Below, in pieces: positions 33,501 through 45,920 of a stretch of 64,000 bases of DNA (position 1 is its first letter; every line of letters starts with the position of its first letter). The stretch lies in NCBI GenBank assembly GCA_964234715.1, contig OZ174282.1; one strand, given 5' to 3'. The position numbers were made by a program, and so were the translations under genes. The DNA comes from Podarcis melisellensis. Lineage: Eukaryota. A model generated the notes under the pieces. The model was not told the origin of the DNA. It searched no databases and worked only from the letters and a program-made list of their open reading frames with translations.

Positions 33501-36500
33501 TATGCTCAGCATTCACACTCCTAAGCATCAGTGGTTAAGGAAGCAAGCAAGACAGAGAATGATACCAAGGCCTAGGTCAGAATGGTGGGAGCGGCAGTCG
33601 CTTCTAGGAACATAGGAAGAAACTGCCACATACCATGTCAGAACATTGGGCTTACCTTACATTTTCATCAAAAAATTGCTTTGCACAGGTAACTACCATA
33701 GAGTTAGCAAAATTTTCAAAAGTAGGGGGTCCATGGCTTGGCTTTTGAAAAATAGGGGGTCCTCAGTACAGTGTTACCTCAGGTTACAGATGCTTCAGGT
33801 TATAGATGCTTCAGGTTACAGAATCCACTAACCCATAAATAGTACCTCAGGTTAAGAACTTTGCTTCAGGATGAGAACAGAAATCACGCAGAGGCAGTGG
33901 GAGGCTCCATTAGCTAAAGTGGTACCTCAGGTTATGAACAGTTTCAGGCTAAGAACGGACCTCTGGAACAAATTAAGTTCTTAACCCGAGGTACCACTGT
34001 AATTAGCTAATTGGGAACCACTGCTATAAACCATACATAACTCAGTGGGTGCAGAATCTGCTCAGGACAAATCTTCAGATGTAATTTGCAAAATTTAAAC
34101 CACCAGCAGGGAACATCATACTCAAGGGCGTAGAAAGGGGTGTGTGTGCGGGGGTGTGTGCGGTCTGCCCCGCGTGTCATTCCTGAGGGGGTGACAAAAT
34201 GGCACACCGCGGGAGGGTGACACCGTGAGGCCTGGCCTGCAGTGCGCCCAAGCCATGCGTCTCTCCTGGGAGTGATGCAGTGGCTCAGGGCCCTGCGCTG
34301 CCCAAAACGGACTCCATGGGCAGATCACCACGCCAGCCCCAGGCGGATCACCACGGCACCCCCATGGGCGGTGACCCCCGCTCCTGCTGCTCCGGGTGCC
34401 GGAGCAGCTAGCTACGCCCGATCATACCTGCAAGCAGGTGGGTTGCTTAGATCTGGATGGGATTATAATTTGGCCTGTGAGGTTGTTCCCCCCCACGTCG
34501 TCTGGCTGTAGGGATGCAAAATCCAACAGGACAAACTGTTTTGATCCACTTCCCTTTTCTGACACCCAGTGCAGCTTGTGTTCCTGGCTGTGCTGATGGT
34601 CCTCAGCTATACCGAGAGAAGCCCCAATGAGTTCTACTTTAACAACGCCCTCCAGAGGACCTTCACATCCCACCTGGAAGACATCCTTACCCCAAAGGAG
34701 TTGTATGGGTGGATCAGGGTGATTTTGCTGCCTGGCCTCCATGGCAATTCTGAAGGTGAGCAGCACAAGGAACAGAGATAAAAGAGACATCCTTCTGTAT
34801 ACAGGCAGCCCTCTGCTTATGGGCATTCTACTTGTGTGTGACTGCTTTTATGCTGGTCACCACAAAATGAATGACTGAATAAATTGAAACAGTGTGCCTT
34901 CCCTTGCTCAGGGCCGCTGCCTGGAAGTCTTTTTGCTGCTCACTCACTGCAATGGGAGGGATTGTGGGGAAGGCTCAAGGCAGAAGCCTCAAGTGAGGGA
35001 AGGTGTGCCGGGCAGTGGCCCCAGCGGCACACACTGTATAAATTATAAAAACATGGCCTCTTTAGGCTTTTTCAGTGTTGCCAAAGCTGAAACCTGAAAT
35101 TTACCCAGCTTTTCACATCTGTACAAACAGGTGTGCGTCTGTGTGTTTTGCTTCTAAGCAGCACATTTCTCCCCTCTCCCGATCTCCCAGGTTTGGCCAT
35201 GGATGGAAACTCTTTCCTTGTGGGCAGCGTGCGGCTACGGCAGATCCGAGCCACAGGAGCCCTGCCAAAGCCAGGGCCAGCTTTTCTCCCGCTCCAAGAG
35301 GGAAAGCAGGGTCCCACGGCCAGATGGGGGCCTCCTGCTGCAGGTGGGAGAGGTCAGGCAAGTGCCTGGGTCTTCCAGAATGAGAGCACCCTGCAAGAGT
35401 ACCCCATCTGGGGGAAGTTTGCTCTCTATCCGGGAAGCGGCTACCTGGCAAACCTTGGCAGAAACAAAAGCTACGCCATGAGGTATGTGGACTGAAGGAG
35501 CTGCAGAACAGGCATCAGGTCCCAAAAGCTCCAGGGGCTCTTTCTGGGCAGGTGTATCTCAGTCTCTGCCCACTATTTCCTGATCTGGTGAAGCTGTGGG
35601 AGAGGCAGGTGAAAGCTAAAGACCCACAATCCTGGCTAACAGTAGTGAATATGGCATTGCTAGCTGGAGTCTGGCAGGTGGTACTTGGGGGAGAACTGGT
35701 TAACTGGGCAAGGCATGCAATAGTAAACTAGAGTTGTTTCTCTTCCCTGCCACCAGTAGATTTAGGTGCAGCCCTTAAGAATTCTCTCCCACTGCAAGGT
35801 GGAAACACAATACAACTTTTTCTGCACCATTCCCCACCAGAACCCTTCGCTATCTGGAACGGAACAACTGGCTGGACAGAAGCACACGAGTCGTCTTCAT
35901 TGAGTTTGTTGTCTACAATGCAAATGTCAACCTCTTCTGCGCAGTCACACTGATCTTGGAGGCCAATGGGATAGGCAAGAGCGTGTAGTAGAGACAAAGG
36001 GGGCCTAGCCCTGCAATGGGCCTCAGAGGCAGGATGGCTGTTCTGGGGCTGTTGGGGAGGGAGGAGGAGAAAAGGCGTTCCCTCTCCCTGGGAACCAGCC
36101 TTGCTTGCAGCCTCCGTGCTTGACCCTGTGCCTGTTTCTGTGGCAGGGGCCTTGTTCAGCAAATCAGAGTTGCAAATTCTCCGCCTCTATCCAGACCTCC
36201 AGCTCGTCCTCCAATTTATCTGTGCCCAGATCACCTTTCTCCTGCTCATACTATACTACATCTTTGTGCAGGTGAGCGGGGCCTCTGTGAGCCAGCTTAG
36301 TTTCCTTAGCCTAGCACCCTCCGGATATTGCTGGACTACAACTTCCATCAGCTTTAGCCAGCACTCTCAAGGTGCCGAGGGTTAGTGGGAGCTATCAGCC
36401 AGCACCAGCTCAGGGGAGCTGAGATGTGGAACCTGCGGGGGCCCTCTGGGTGTTGCTAGGCTCCCATCATTCCTGACCTTTGCCATTGGCTGCCTAGAGC

Positions 36501-38187
36501 AGTTGGGCATTTGGATTCCCGCAGCAACTGGAGTGCCGCAGGAGTGTCATCCCACCCTTGTTTTAGGGCAGTGTCAACCTTGGGTCCCCAGATGTTGTTG
36601 GACTATAACTCCCATCATCCCTGAGCTCTGGCCTTGCTAGCTAGGAATGATGGGAGTTGTAGGCCAAAAGCATCTGGGGACCCAAGGTTGAGAAAGGCTG
36701 TTTTAGAGGGTGGTGGTGTGTGGAGGTTGCTGTATTGCCAGAGAAAGAGCATCACACCACCACTGCTCCTTCCACTTGCATTCCCCCCCCCCCAAACATG
36801 TGGCTGCCTGAGTCAAGCCTGCTTCTTCCATGGGGCCAGCAGGGCCGGCAGCTGAAGCAGCAGAAGTGGAAGTACTTCAGCAGCAAGAGAAACCTGCTGG
36901 ATGCCAGCACCATCCTCATAAGTGTGGCAGCTATTGGCCTTTATGTGAAGAGGCGCGTGCTGGCAAAAGGCATCCTGAAGCAGCATCACCAAGACCGCAA
37001 CAAGTGAGTGTCTACCATCCGAAACAAGGGGCAGGGGCAGACCCCCACTCAGCAGAGGCGGCTTTCACACACCCTAAAGCAAATCTCCCTCCACACCCCT
37101 GCCAGGTTCATCAGCTTCTATGAGATGGTGGAAGTTGACTCTGCTCTGACATACCTCATTGCTTTTCTGGTGGCCTTGACAACCATCAAGCTGTGGAACC
37201 TCCTGCGCCTAAATCCCAGAATGCACCTCATCACACAGACACTGCAGAAAGCCTGGGATGAGGTCCTGGGCTTCCTGCTCACACTTCTGGTGCTGCTTGT
37301 TGGTTACGCCATTGTGGTAAGAAGAGACCTGCCAACTGCAGGGAAACCAACCAAGGGCGGAGGGAAGAGCCCCCCTTCCTGTGTCCTTATACCCCTCCCC
37401 CTACATCACCTTCACTCTCTTGCCATCAGTGCAACCTCATGTTTGGATGGAGCGTAGATGACTACAAGACCTTCTTTAACTCAGCTGTGACCATCGTAGG
37501 GCTTCTCATTGGAATCTTTAATTATGAAGAGGTGAGTGCCATGCAGCCCCACTTTAGGCTGAGGCACACTGCCAGGCTGCCCTTCCAGGACACCACAGAT
37601 CACAGCAGACCCCCAGCCCCATTCAGCTCCCAGCTCAGCACCCAGAGAGACCTGCATGGATTTCAGCTTTCTGGGTCTAGAATGCCATGCTTCCCTGTGC
37701 CCTGCAAAGCACAGCACGGCCAACAGCTCTCTGCTAAGTGCATATGTAGACACAGGGGACATAACTGTGCTCTTCATGCTTAGGTCATTGCTGTGGACCC
37801 CGTGTTTGGCGCTGTGCTGATAGTAACCAGCGTCATCTCCATGGTGTTTGTGATCATCAACCTGTTTGTCTCTGCCCTTTTGACGACCTTCAGTCGGGAG
37901 ATGAAGGCTGCCAAGGTAGGTGTAAGCCCAAGCGGCTGGTGCTGCTCATCACCAGCCACCAGCCAAGCTTCAAGCAATTAAGCCTTCATGAGAAGCTGCT
38001 TGTGCCGCAGCCACCCCTCAGGATCCGAGTTCATATATAAGGCATCTCTCTCTCTCTCGGTTCATCACAACAGGCCAGCAAGGAGGAATCCATGTTGCAG
38101 CTGATTCAACTGAAGATTTCCACCTTGTTTGGAATCAAGAAACAGCCACTCTTCCCAGCAGCTTCCCGAAAGGAGCCACAGGACTGA
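21505..38187 (+). CDS. PKD1L3: Polycystin-1-like protein 3; ~1772 aa, 31 coding exons
   Basis: Exons 21505-21793, 22450-22539, 22859-22899, 23052-23483, 23955-24086, 24300-24464, 24685-24818, 25597-25723, 25849-25974, 26185-26413, 27204-27388, 27564-27794, 28043-28144, 28466-28644, 29446-29592, 30030-30223, 30637-30833, 30940-31108, 31305-31497, 32438-32690, 33036-33138, 33284-33427, 34570-34755, 35191-35482, 35841-35974 (GC donor), 36147-36271, 36843-37003, 37106-37316, 37430-37531, 37784-37915, 38074-38187(TGA); total 5319 nt. C-type lectin, S/T/P stalk, GPS CLCNHL|TFF, PLAT ([20 protein letters not shown]), [13 protein letters not shown] ([21 protein letters not shown]), channel TMs (INLFVSALL); convergent with IST1 as in mammals. 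Confidence 0.92.
25065..25272 (-). mobile_element. tRNA-derived SINE
   Basis: Reverse-strand B-box (gggttcaaatcccc), tgactggcccaaagtcaccc core, A/T-rich tail. Confidence 0.7.
26445..26555 (+). mobile_element. SINE/CR1-type 3' remnant
   Basis: gctggacc..tggcctgat..agcaggttcttcttatg tail; related copies 43575-43700 (-) and 50150-50255 (+). Confidence 0.5.
26699..26834. mobile_element. hAT-type MITE (recent)
   Basis: TIRs CAGGCTTCCTCAAACT / AGTTTGAGGAAGCCTG; perfect 8-bp TSD CTATATGG (26691-26698, 26835-26842). Confidence 0.9.
33769..33999. mobile_element. Tc1/mariner-type MITE
   Basis: TA-CAGTGTTACCTC ... GAGGTACCACTG-TA; same family as 429-643, inverted. Confidence 0.85.
34123..34420. mobile_element. 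hAT-type MITE
   Basis: Termini caagggcgtag / gctacgcccg; 8-bp TSD atcatact / atcatacc; CpG-rich interior. Confidence 0.65.
36569..36700. mobile_element. hAT-type palindromic MITE
   Basis: caaccttgggtccccagatg / catctggggacccaaggttg arms; TSD ttttaggg / ttttagag. Confidence 0.75.
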
Positions 38188-40519
38188 AGCGGCATCATCC
38201 CACCTCCCCATTTGGACAGCTCTTTTCTATTCTAAAATGGGAAGGGTCACCATTTCCCAAGTATCACTAATGTACATGCTATCTTTAAGAATATCAGAGG
38301 TCAGCTGGGCTGGCAAGAAAATCTGTATGGCTTTTCTCCAACTTTTAAGCTGCCCCTCCCGCTCTTCAGCTAATTTACCATGTGATCTTGACTCAACATT
38401 ACCTCATGCTACATCCTACTTCCTTTATCCTTGACACGCCTTTGAGTTGTTGGGACTAACCAAGGCAGAACAAATCTGACTGCCCAGAAATCCCCTGCTG
38501 CTGCCCTGCAGGTTGAAGAGCAAAATCGATCTTATTGGCTTCCAGCCCAAAGGCCGGTCAAGTCCCTAAACAGCAGGAGCCAGTTTCTTCTCTGCCCAAA
38601 GAGGCAGAGCAAAGGAGGGCTGTTCTTATTTATTGCCAATCCCAAATACTCAGTGGTGCTTAACATCAATTAAGCCTTACAAATCAAGTTATTTTTAATG
38701 TCGCTGAGGAACTCTTTACCTATTGCAGGGCTTAACCTCTGAGGAGACAAACAGGGAATTGTAGATTACACTCCCCTACCCAGCCACAGATTTGAAGAAC
38801 TTACATGACAAAGGGGGGTCTGTTGAGATGCACAAAGGATACACTGTTTCAAGGTGAACCAGAGGGAGGAGATAGAAGGGTGGGTGGGGAAGAAGAGTGA
38901 CTATTGCCCCTCCCCACCCAGAGAGCTCAGTTTGCTCAATGGGAGAGATCAAATCCATGACAGGAATCCAATCCTGCCTTTCCTTAAAGGCAGCCAACCT
39001 CTAAATTGCAAGGATCCATAAGCAGCCCTTACCTTAATCCAGAGGGGACCCTTCAGCCTGGCCCAAGCAGAAAGCATTCATCCCCCTACTCCAACCTGTA
39101 AAGATCAGCATAAATCCTACAAGGGCTAATTTCTCAAGAATGGTGGCTTGACAGTTCTATCATATCACGGCAGTGAAGGACAGCTGCTTCAGCACCCAGG
39201 CACTTCCCCGTGCCCTGCAGGACAGGTGGCCCGCTCTTCTGAAGCTGCCACTGCTGCCACCACCCACAATGTCTTGTGGGAAGCAAGTCTAAAGGGAGCC
39301 TCATAAATTCGCCTGTGGGAGGTGGTTGTGGGCTGCACTGCAGATCCTCAGGTATGTGATCCAAACTGACAGGACTTGTTCTGAAATATAACTGCAAAGC
39401 CAAAGTAAAGGCAACACATTTGCATGCTCCTTTTAGCCAATATTTCCCCTTCCCTCAATAAATAGTACTCCTTGTTTGACTGGAAGTGTGACTGTCAGTC
39501 TGAAGGAACACCCATTCTCTCCATGGTAAGAACTGGTGGCAGCTGCCTCTCCATGTTGTAAGCATACCATGCCTCCTTTGCTTCCCCTCCACCACTGCCA
39601 GAAGCCAGGAAATATTATGTTTCACTTGAGACAGATCCAGTCAAGGCTATTCCTCAACTTTATTTAGAATTAATAGAGAAGATACAAACCAATCAAATTG
39701 TCCCAGAAAAGCCACATGAAAGAGTTACATACAGAGTGTTACATGGGAGAGCTGAGGTTGGCTGCTGGCACTGCAGCTGGTCTGTAAGAGCAGCAGAAGT
39801 TGCTGGATGTGTTGCTGCTGCTGTCACCACCACCACCCATGGCTTTGCCCTATAGGCAAGGGAAGAGGCTAGAGAACCAGGAGTGATGGCACATGTCAAG
39901 CAATGGCCCTGAACCCAGCCTGATGCAGAGCCACGTTAAGGCAGAACTGGGCTCACTCAAAGCTAGGAAAATGTGCCTGCTGCTCTGCAAGCCAGAGGCA
40001 GGAGGACCACTGAGCCACAAGGAGTGTAGACTGGTCAACTCCTGTGCCCCACAGCATCCCTCCCCAAAGGAAAGTCATAATGGCCCCGGAGGGCTCCCTG
40101 AGAACGCGGCAGGCAAAACAAAGCTATCAGGGGCCCAGAGCAGCTCCCCTTCCACAGCACATGCCTGGAGGGGGGGGGCGCGCGCTTCTGTCCAACTACG
40201 TTGCCCAGAATCTTCAGGTTGGTGTCCCTACACCACTGTCTGTCCAAATGAGAGGCCACCTACATCACTCCCTTTCCCCTCTAATGCCCGGCTGCAGACT
40301 GCAGAGCAATGCATTCGGAGGGATTGTTCCTGCTCCCATCTCAAAGAGGCTGTGCAGTCCCCCACTCCTGGAGCAGAATGTCAGAAAAGCAGTGGCATTT
40401 GGTGTAAGTACAGAAGGAAGAAAGGCCAAGCGGAGGAAGAGGAACGAGCACTTGGCCGTGCTAAGAGGGAAGGAGGAGGCAGCAATCAGGCCCATCGGCC
40501 CCCTGTTCAGGGGCTCTTT

Positions 40520-43500
40520 TTAAGTTTTCTTCTTCAGTTCCTCAAACCTTCGAGAGAGGTCATCGAAGTCAATGTCTTCTGAGGCGGAAGTGTTGGCACC
40601 AGCAGAAGCGGCAGGCAGCGTGTCTGGCACAGATGGCAACTCTGGCAGCACAAAATTATCGCCCGAACTAGGAACTGCAGCTGGTGGCCTCCCCCTCGGC
40701 TGTGGCTTTGGGGCTGGTCCTGCAGCAGACAAGAGTGACTGGTTACAAGCAGCGGGCAGGCTCAAGGCAGTGAAAACAGTAGTCTACCTAACAGTAGTAG
40801 GGGCAGGGGTAGGACCATTCTTCTTTTTGCTGTACTACAGTTAGTATATGTCCTGCAGAAACGAGCACTTGCTGCACTTCAGTTGAGCCTTGCAGCTCTT
40901 ACCTGTTGCTAAAGGGGCCCAAGCTCTCTGCCATGATGAGTCCCAGTCTCTGCCCCCAACACACACACACACACGCTTACGTCAGCAACTCAAGAGTGAA
41001 CACGAGTGAAGGGGACCAACAATAAACACAAGCACCAGCTTTCCCCTGACATCACCACCTCCCTCCCTCCTCACTGTCTTGCCAGCTCCATAGCCTCCCC
41101 TCCGGCCCTGCACTCACCGGTCACCTGTGGGGATGGCAATTCCTTGTCAGCACCCATGTCATCAATCTGAAACAGAAAAAAGCTGGCTTTGCATGGAGCA
41201 CCCCACACAGAACCACCACCTGACAACCCCCCAGAGGCCTACATGCACAGCAGAAGCACCGTATCTGGTGTTCCCATCTTCTTCATGCAGCCTTGCCAGA
41301 CAGCAGAAGGAAGGATGAAATGAGGGATCTGGAGGAGGAGGAAGCAGTGGTGGTGAGCCTGGCCTGGTGATGCCATAGGTGAGGGAGAGCCGTTCAGCAT
41401 GGCTGACTACCTGACTAGCAAGCGGCCCTGGCTACGTCCCCCAAGGATGGCCTGTAGCTCTTCACCATCGCTGGCAGTCTCACCTGACATGAACCACCAC
41501 CACCAGCAACAACCACAAAAGTCTGGAGAGCAGCAGCTGAACAAGCACAAGGGCATGAAGGTGGACACATCCCCATTTCCACACTCTCTAGCTGCTCAAC
41601 CCACCCCCACATCTCATCCTCCACCCCTGCTAGCCAACGTCCTCCGCTCATGCCTTCCATGGACAGCAGCCTGGACTCTGAGACCAAGGTGACCTCTGAG
41701 TCACTGCCTGCAAGCTCATCCAGGCTGCTGAGATCATGCTGAGGCTCCCTCGGTATCATTATCACAGCTCCTGCCTGGTAGACTCAAGTAGCTGCCCTGC
41801 TCGCTCCCCTCAGTGGCTGCCTCCTCCACCACCACAATGTCAACCAAGGTGAAGCTGGAGCAGCTCCTGGTGGACAGGCTGCAGGGCCACTGCTGGACCT
41901 CCTGGTCGGCCTCTATACCAAGTGCAGTTTCCACTCACTGCTTCAGAGGGACAGGCTTGTCTTGGACTTCCTCAAGTGGGAATGGGACTCCTGATTATTG
42001 AAAGTGACATTGGCAAGTTTCTCCTCAACAATGCCTAGGCAGTCAACATCCACCTTACCACTGGCGGTAGCCTAAGAGCCCCACCACCTCCACCATGGCC
42101 CACTACTCGAGGACCCCAGCCAGTGCAACATCTGGCATTATGTGCATTTATGTATATTTTAATGAACTGAACAGAGTGAAAGATTATGAGTCATGGGGGT
42201 GCAGAGACTGTATGAATGAACTTAGTGCTTAGCTTATATTTTTAATTGCTATTTTGTTAATGTTTTTAATATTGTTTTATAGATTCTAAATGCTGAATTG
42301 ATTTGTTAATCACATGACTTGCTGTAATTGTGAGGTTTAGCTTATTTTTTACTTGCTGTTTTGTTAAGTTTTTTATAGATTGCCACAGCTTTATTGATAA
42401 TTTGTTTATTATTTTGTATGATGTACGCTGTATTTGCGACATGCTATTATGTTTTATTATGTTGTGACTATTTATTGTTTGTAAGCTGCTTTGAGATCAT
42501 TTGAATATAAAGCAACATAGAAATGCAATAAATCAAAATCAAATCAAAGGTGCATTAAGTTTGCTGCAAGGCCAAATCCAGTGGATGGCAACTCCTCAGT
42601 CAGTCCAAGTGGGAAGGCCTGCCAATACCCAGCACTAGACTAGGGACAGCAACAGTCACAGCAGCAATTCATCTTTTGTTTTTCATCAGCAGTACTTACA
42701 GACTCGTATGTTGGAGGTGTTGCTGGAATCTGAGGTGGGTGAAGGCTGGTGAAAGGCTGGTAGGTGCCCACCGGTAGCCCGTTGAAGTGCTCCTAAAGGG
42801 AGAAATTGTTAAGTCAGACCAGCACCCCTTCCTAATGGCAGAATCAGATAGGCAATACCTGCCAGAACAGCTGGAAAACCTTGTTCACACAGCAGGTATT
42901 GAGGTGTGCTCAGATGCTAACTCACCACAGTAGACTGCTATCCTTTCCTCCCCACCCCCACCACCCCCAAGCCCAACTTTACAGACTCCCCTCCTGTTTC
43001 AAGCAAGACATAGGACTTACTGGTCCCTTTGGAGGTGGGTATGCAAAAGGGGGAGCTGGAGACGGCATGGGCATGGGCATTGGCATTGGCACAACTCCAT
43101 CAGGACCAGCCATTGGGGTCATGAAGCCGCCGCCGCCACCACCTCCACGGCCACCTTTTTTTGTATCATCCACGAATCCCACATCAATCAGGTCAGCTTC
43201 CACGCCTGCGGGAGCCTCAGCCTGGGAAGAGGAAGAAGCTGATGTCACATGTGGGAAAGGGAGCTGCTAATGAGGGAATTGAGAGTGCAACCGCCTCCCA
43301 GTCACTCACCATGACAACAGAATCTGGCTCATAGGGCACGTTGTAGTTCTTTGCGATCTCAATCAGGTACCTCTCCACTAGGATTTTGGGAGGTGCCTCT
43401 ACGCTCAACTTGTGCATCAGCTGGAAGGGAGGGAGGGAAGAGTGAGCCCTTCACTGACCTGGGCAGGCCAAGAACACTTAGCTAAGAGATACCCAAGCCA

Positions 43501-45395
43501 GAACAAAGAAGTTTCTACCTCGCCTGGTGAAGCACCACAGACAGGACCTCCTGCTGCAAACAACTCATCTTTATGAAGCACTGATATCGTTCCCTCCCAT
43601 AAGAACAGCCTGCTGGATCAGGCCATCAGCCTGTCTAGCCCAGCATCCTGTCCTCACAGTGGCCAAACAGATGCCCCAACAAGAAGCCCCTGAGTGGAGC
43701 AGCAGCAGTGCTCTCCTTCACCTGCGATTCCCAGCAACTGACTTCAGGAGCAGATCACCTCTGACAGCAGAGGAAGACGTAGCCATTGTGGTTAGTAGCT
43801 CCTGAGAGCTTTACCGCCATCTCACCCCCATGATGCCCTTCCCATTCCACTCACCCTGTCATTGACGGTCCCAATCTGGTTGCTCCGGCACAACTTGCCA
43901 TACTCTTTGCTGTACTTGGCACAGAGCTGGTCAGCAACCTAGTATGGAAATGGCACACTCAAAACAGAGTCCAGGTACCACTGACTCCCCTCTATTTAAG
44001 ACAGGGCACAGCAACTATCGCAGCACCCCTGGACAAAAGGTTCAGGAGTTTGGAGACTGGAGCCAACCTAAACTCCCAAATCAAACAAGAAAGTCACCAA
44101 GTTCTCTGAGCATCTTGTGAGGATAGATCAAAGTGTTTTCCCAACTGCTGCCCCCAGATGTTCAGGAAGGCTGAGCAGCCTGCCAAGACACAATTGGCAC
44201 TACTCACCATTTTCAGCTCAGCCACCTCTGCTTGCAGTCGGGGGGCAGCCCAGATGAGGGTGGAGACAGCTTCTGCCAGGCCGGAGTCCAGCTCCCTGAA
44301 GGGACACAAAGTAAGGCAAGAGTGAGCAAGTAGTTGAAAGACAAGGAGGACAAAGAGGTCCCAGACCTAGCAGACTGAGGGGAGGGGACACGTGGCAGGC
44401 ACCCAGCACCCTCTTCCCCATAGGCCGAGTCCTTACTTCATAGATTGTATGAGGCCAAAGCGTGCCAGAAGCAAGTCACAGTAGAGCTCCAGGATCTCCA
44501 TGGCCTCCACCAGGTAGTCCTCCCGGATGATGTGCTCCACACGGATGCGAGCCCGCTCATCTTTGCCAGCAGACAGGTAGTCAGCAATTTCCTTCCGTGC
44601 CTTCTGGGCTAGCTCAGCTGCAAGAAAAGGGTTCATCATGGGGCAGCAGGGGAGGCCCACAAGCCTGCCCTGGACCTGCCTGGGGTGTTTGTGTATGCAA
44701 AGAGAGGGGCTCCACCAAGAAGGACTGTGGGTTGTCTGCAACTAAGTTATACTCAGAGTAGACACATTGAAATTAAGTAACCATGTCCATTCAATGAGTA
44801 TAGTGGGGCTAGAACTGGACACAAGTCCACAAACCTGAGAACTCTTCACAGAATCCACACCCCCATCCCAATGACCACAATTCTCAGCATCTTTGAAATA
44901 CAGTACACACACACAAGCAATTCCACACTTACACTCTGACATGTGAAAATAAATTAAAACAATTCTTTTAAAAGATAGTTAAAAAGACACTTCTTAAAAA
45001 CCTAAAAACTCCCTTTAAAAATCAAGTCTTCAAAAAGTTATATGATCTAAGAAAGTCTTTAAAAGAATCCTTCCAAAAGAATTTAAAAATTATAATGTAG
45101 CACCTTAGAGACCAACTGAGTAGTACAAGCTTTCGTGTGCATGCACACTTCTTCAGATACACTGAAACAACATGTGCAGGCTATAAATCAAGCATCTCTT
45201 AATTTATAGCCTGCACATGGTGTTGTGGGACACCACGACTACCAGAAACCTCCTGAAGCACTACTCTGGTGATGAGGTCAAGGAATTAGGTAGGAAAGTC
45301 CACTCACTTTTCTTTTTCTCCAACAGTTTGAGGCGATTGATGACAAGACGTAGGTTGACTCGCAAGCGCTCGGCCTTGAACCCAGAGCCTAACAT
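40520..45395 (-). CDS. IST1: IST1, ESCRT-III associated factor; 364 aa, 9 coding exons
   Basis: Exons 45308-45395, 44437-44617, 44208-44295, 43855-43938, 43310-43420, 43021-43221, 42700-42792, 41118-41166, 40520-40719 (1095 nt); MLGSGFKAERLRVNLRL..., ARIRVEHIIREDYLVEAMEILELYCDLL, MPMPMP repeat, C-terminal MIM1 DIDFDDLSRRFEELKKKT. Confidence 0.97.
41290..42130 (+). pseudogene. unidentified decayed coding-like segment in IST1 intron (antisense)
   Basis: GC-rich, GC3-biased codon runs broken by frameshifts and stops: PFSMADYLTSKRP, KVKLEQLLVDRLQG, LLDLLVGLYTKCSFHSLLQRDRLVLDFLK, GMGLLIIESDIGKFLLNNA*AVNIHLTTGG. Confidence 0.35.
42140..42550 (+). mobile_element. LINE 3' tail remnant
   Basis: T-rich tract ending gtaagctgctttgag...aataaatcaaaatcaaatcaaa. 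Confidence 0.5.
43575..43810 (-). mobile_element. SINE with CR1-like tail
   Basis: cataagaacagcctgctggatcaggcc..tctagcccagcatcctgt..cagtggccaaacagatgcc. Confidence 0.6.
45095..45160 (-). mobile_element. Penelope-like remnant with hammerhead motif
   Basis: Reverse complement reads GUAU-CUGAAGA-A-GUGUGCAUGCACAC-GAAA-GC-UU-GUAC; preceded by gtagcaccttagagaccaac. Confidence 0.6.
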
Positions 45396-45729
45396 GGTGT
45401 AGAATTCCTGCCAAGAACACAAGAGAGAAAAAGCCTACTGTCATGTGTGTTAAAGGCAGACAGCTAGCAGTTTCCTGTGTAGATATATTCTACTTGTAAT
45501 ATTTATATATTGCTTTGCACATTCAGAGCCATTCCAGAGTTATTTAGAATAAAATACAAAATACATTTAAAATTCAAAAAAGTGATACAAATTTAAATCA
45601 CCAAAAGTGCTCAAAAATTAATCTAAACACAATATTCCCTGCTCTACACAAGCAGGACACCAGTATTCTCAAAAATCTCAATAATCAGCACTGTCCAAAT
45701 GCTGAGAATAACTTTTTTGCGTGGTTCTA

Positions 45730-45920
45730 GATTCAGGTAGGTAGCTGTGTTGGTCTGACGCAGTCGAAATAAAATAAAAAAATTGTCCAGGAGCACCTTA
45801 GAGACCAGCTAAGTTTGTTCTGGGTATAAGGTTTCGTAGGTATCTGATGAAGTGTGCATGTGCACGAAAGCTTATACCCAGAACAAACTTAGGTAGCCTC
45901 TAAGGTGCTACTGGACATTT
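45730..45920. mobile_element. Penelope-like inverted terminal remnant with hammerhead motif (45839-45878, +)
   Basis: Inverted arms gtccaggagcaccttagag / ctctaaggtgctactggac; GGUAU-CUGAUGA-A-GUGUGCAUGUGCAC-GAAA-GC-UU-AUACC. Confidence 0.65.

Noticed and set aside
8627-38187. One giant polycystin gene
   Set aside because: There are two signal peptides, two lectin/GPS/PLAT sets, a stop and poly(A) signal between them, and a separate promoter.
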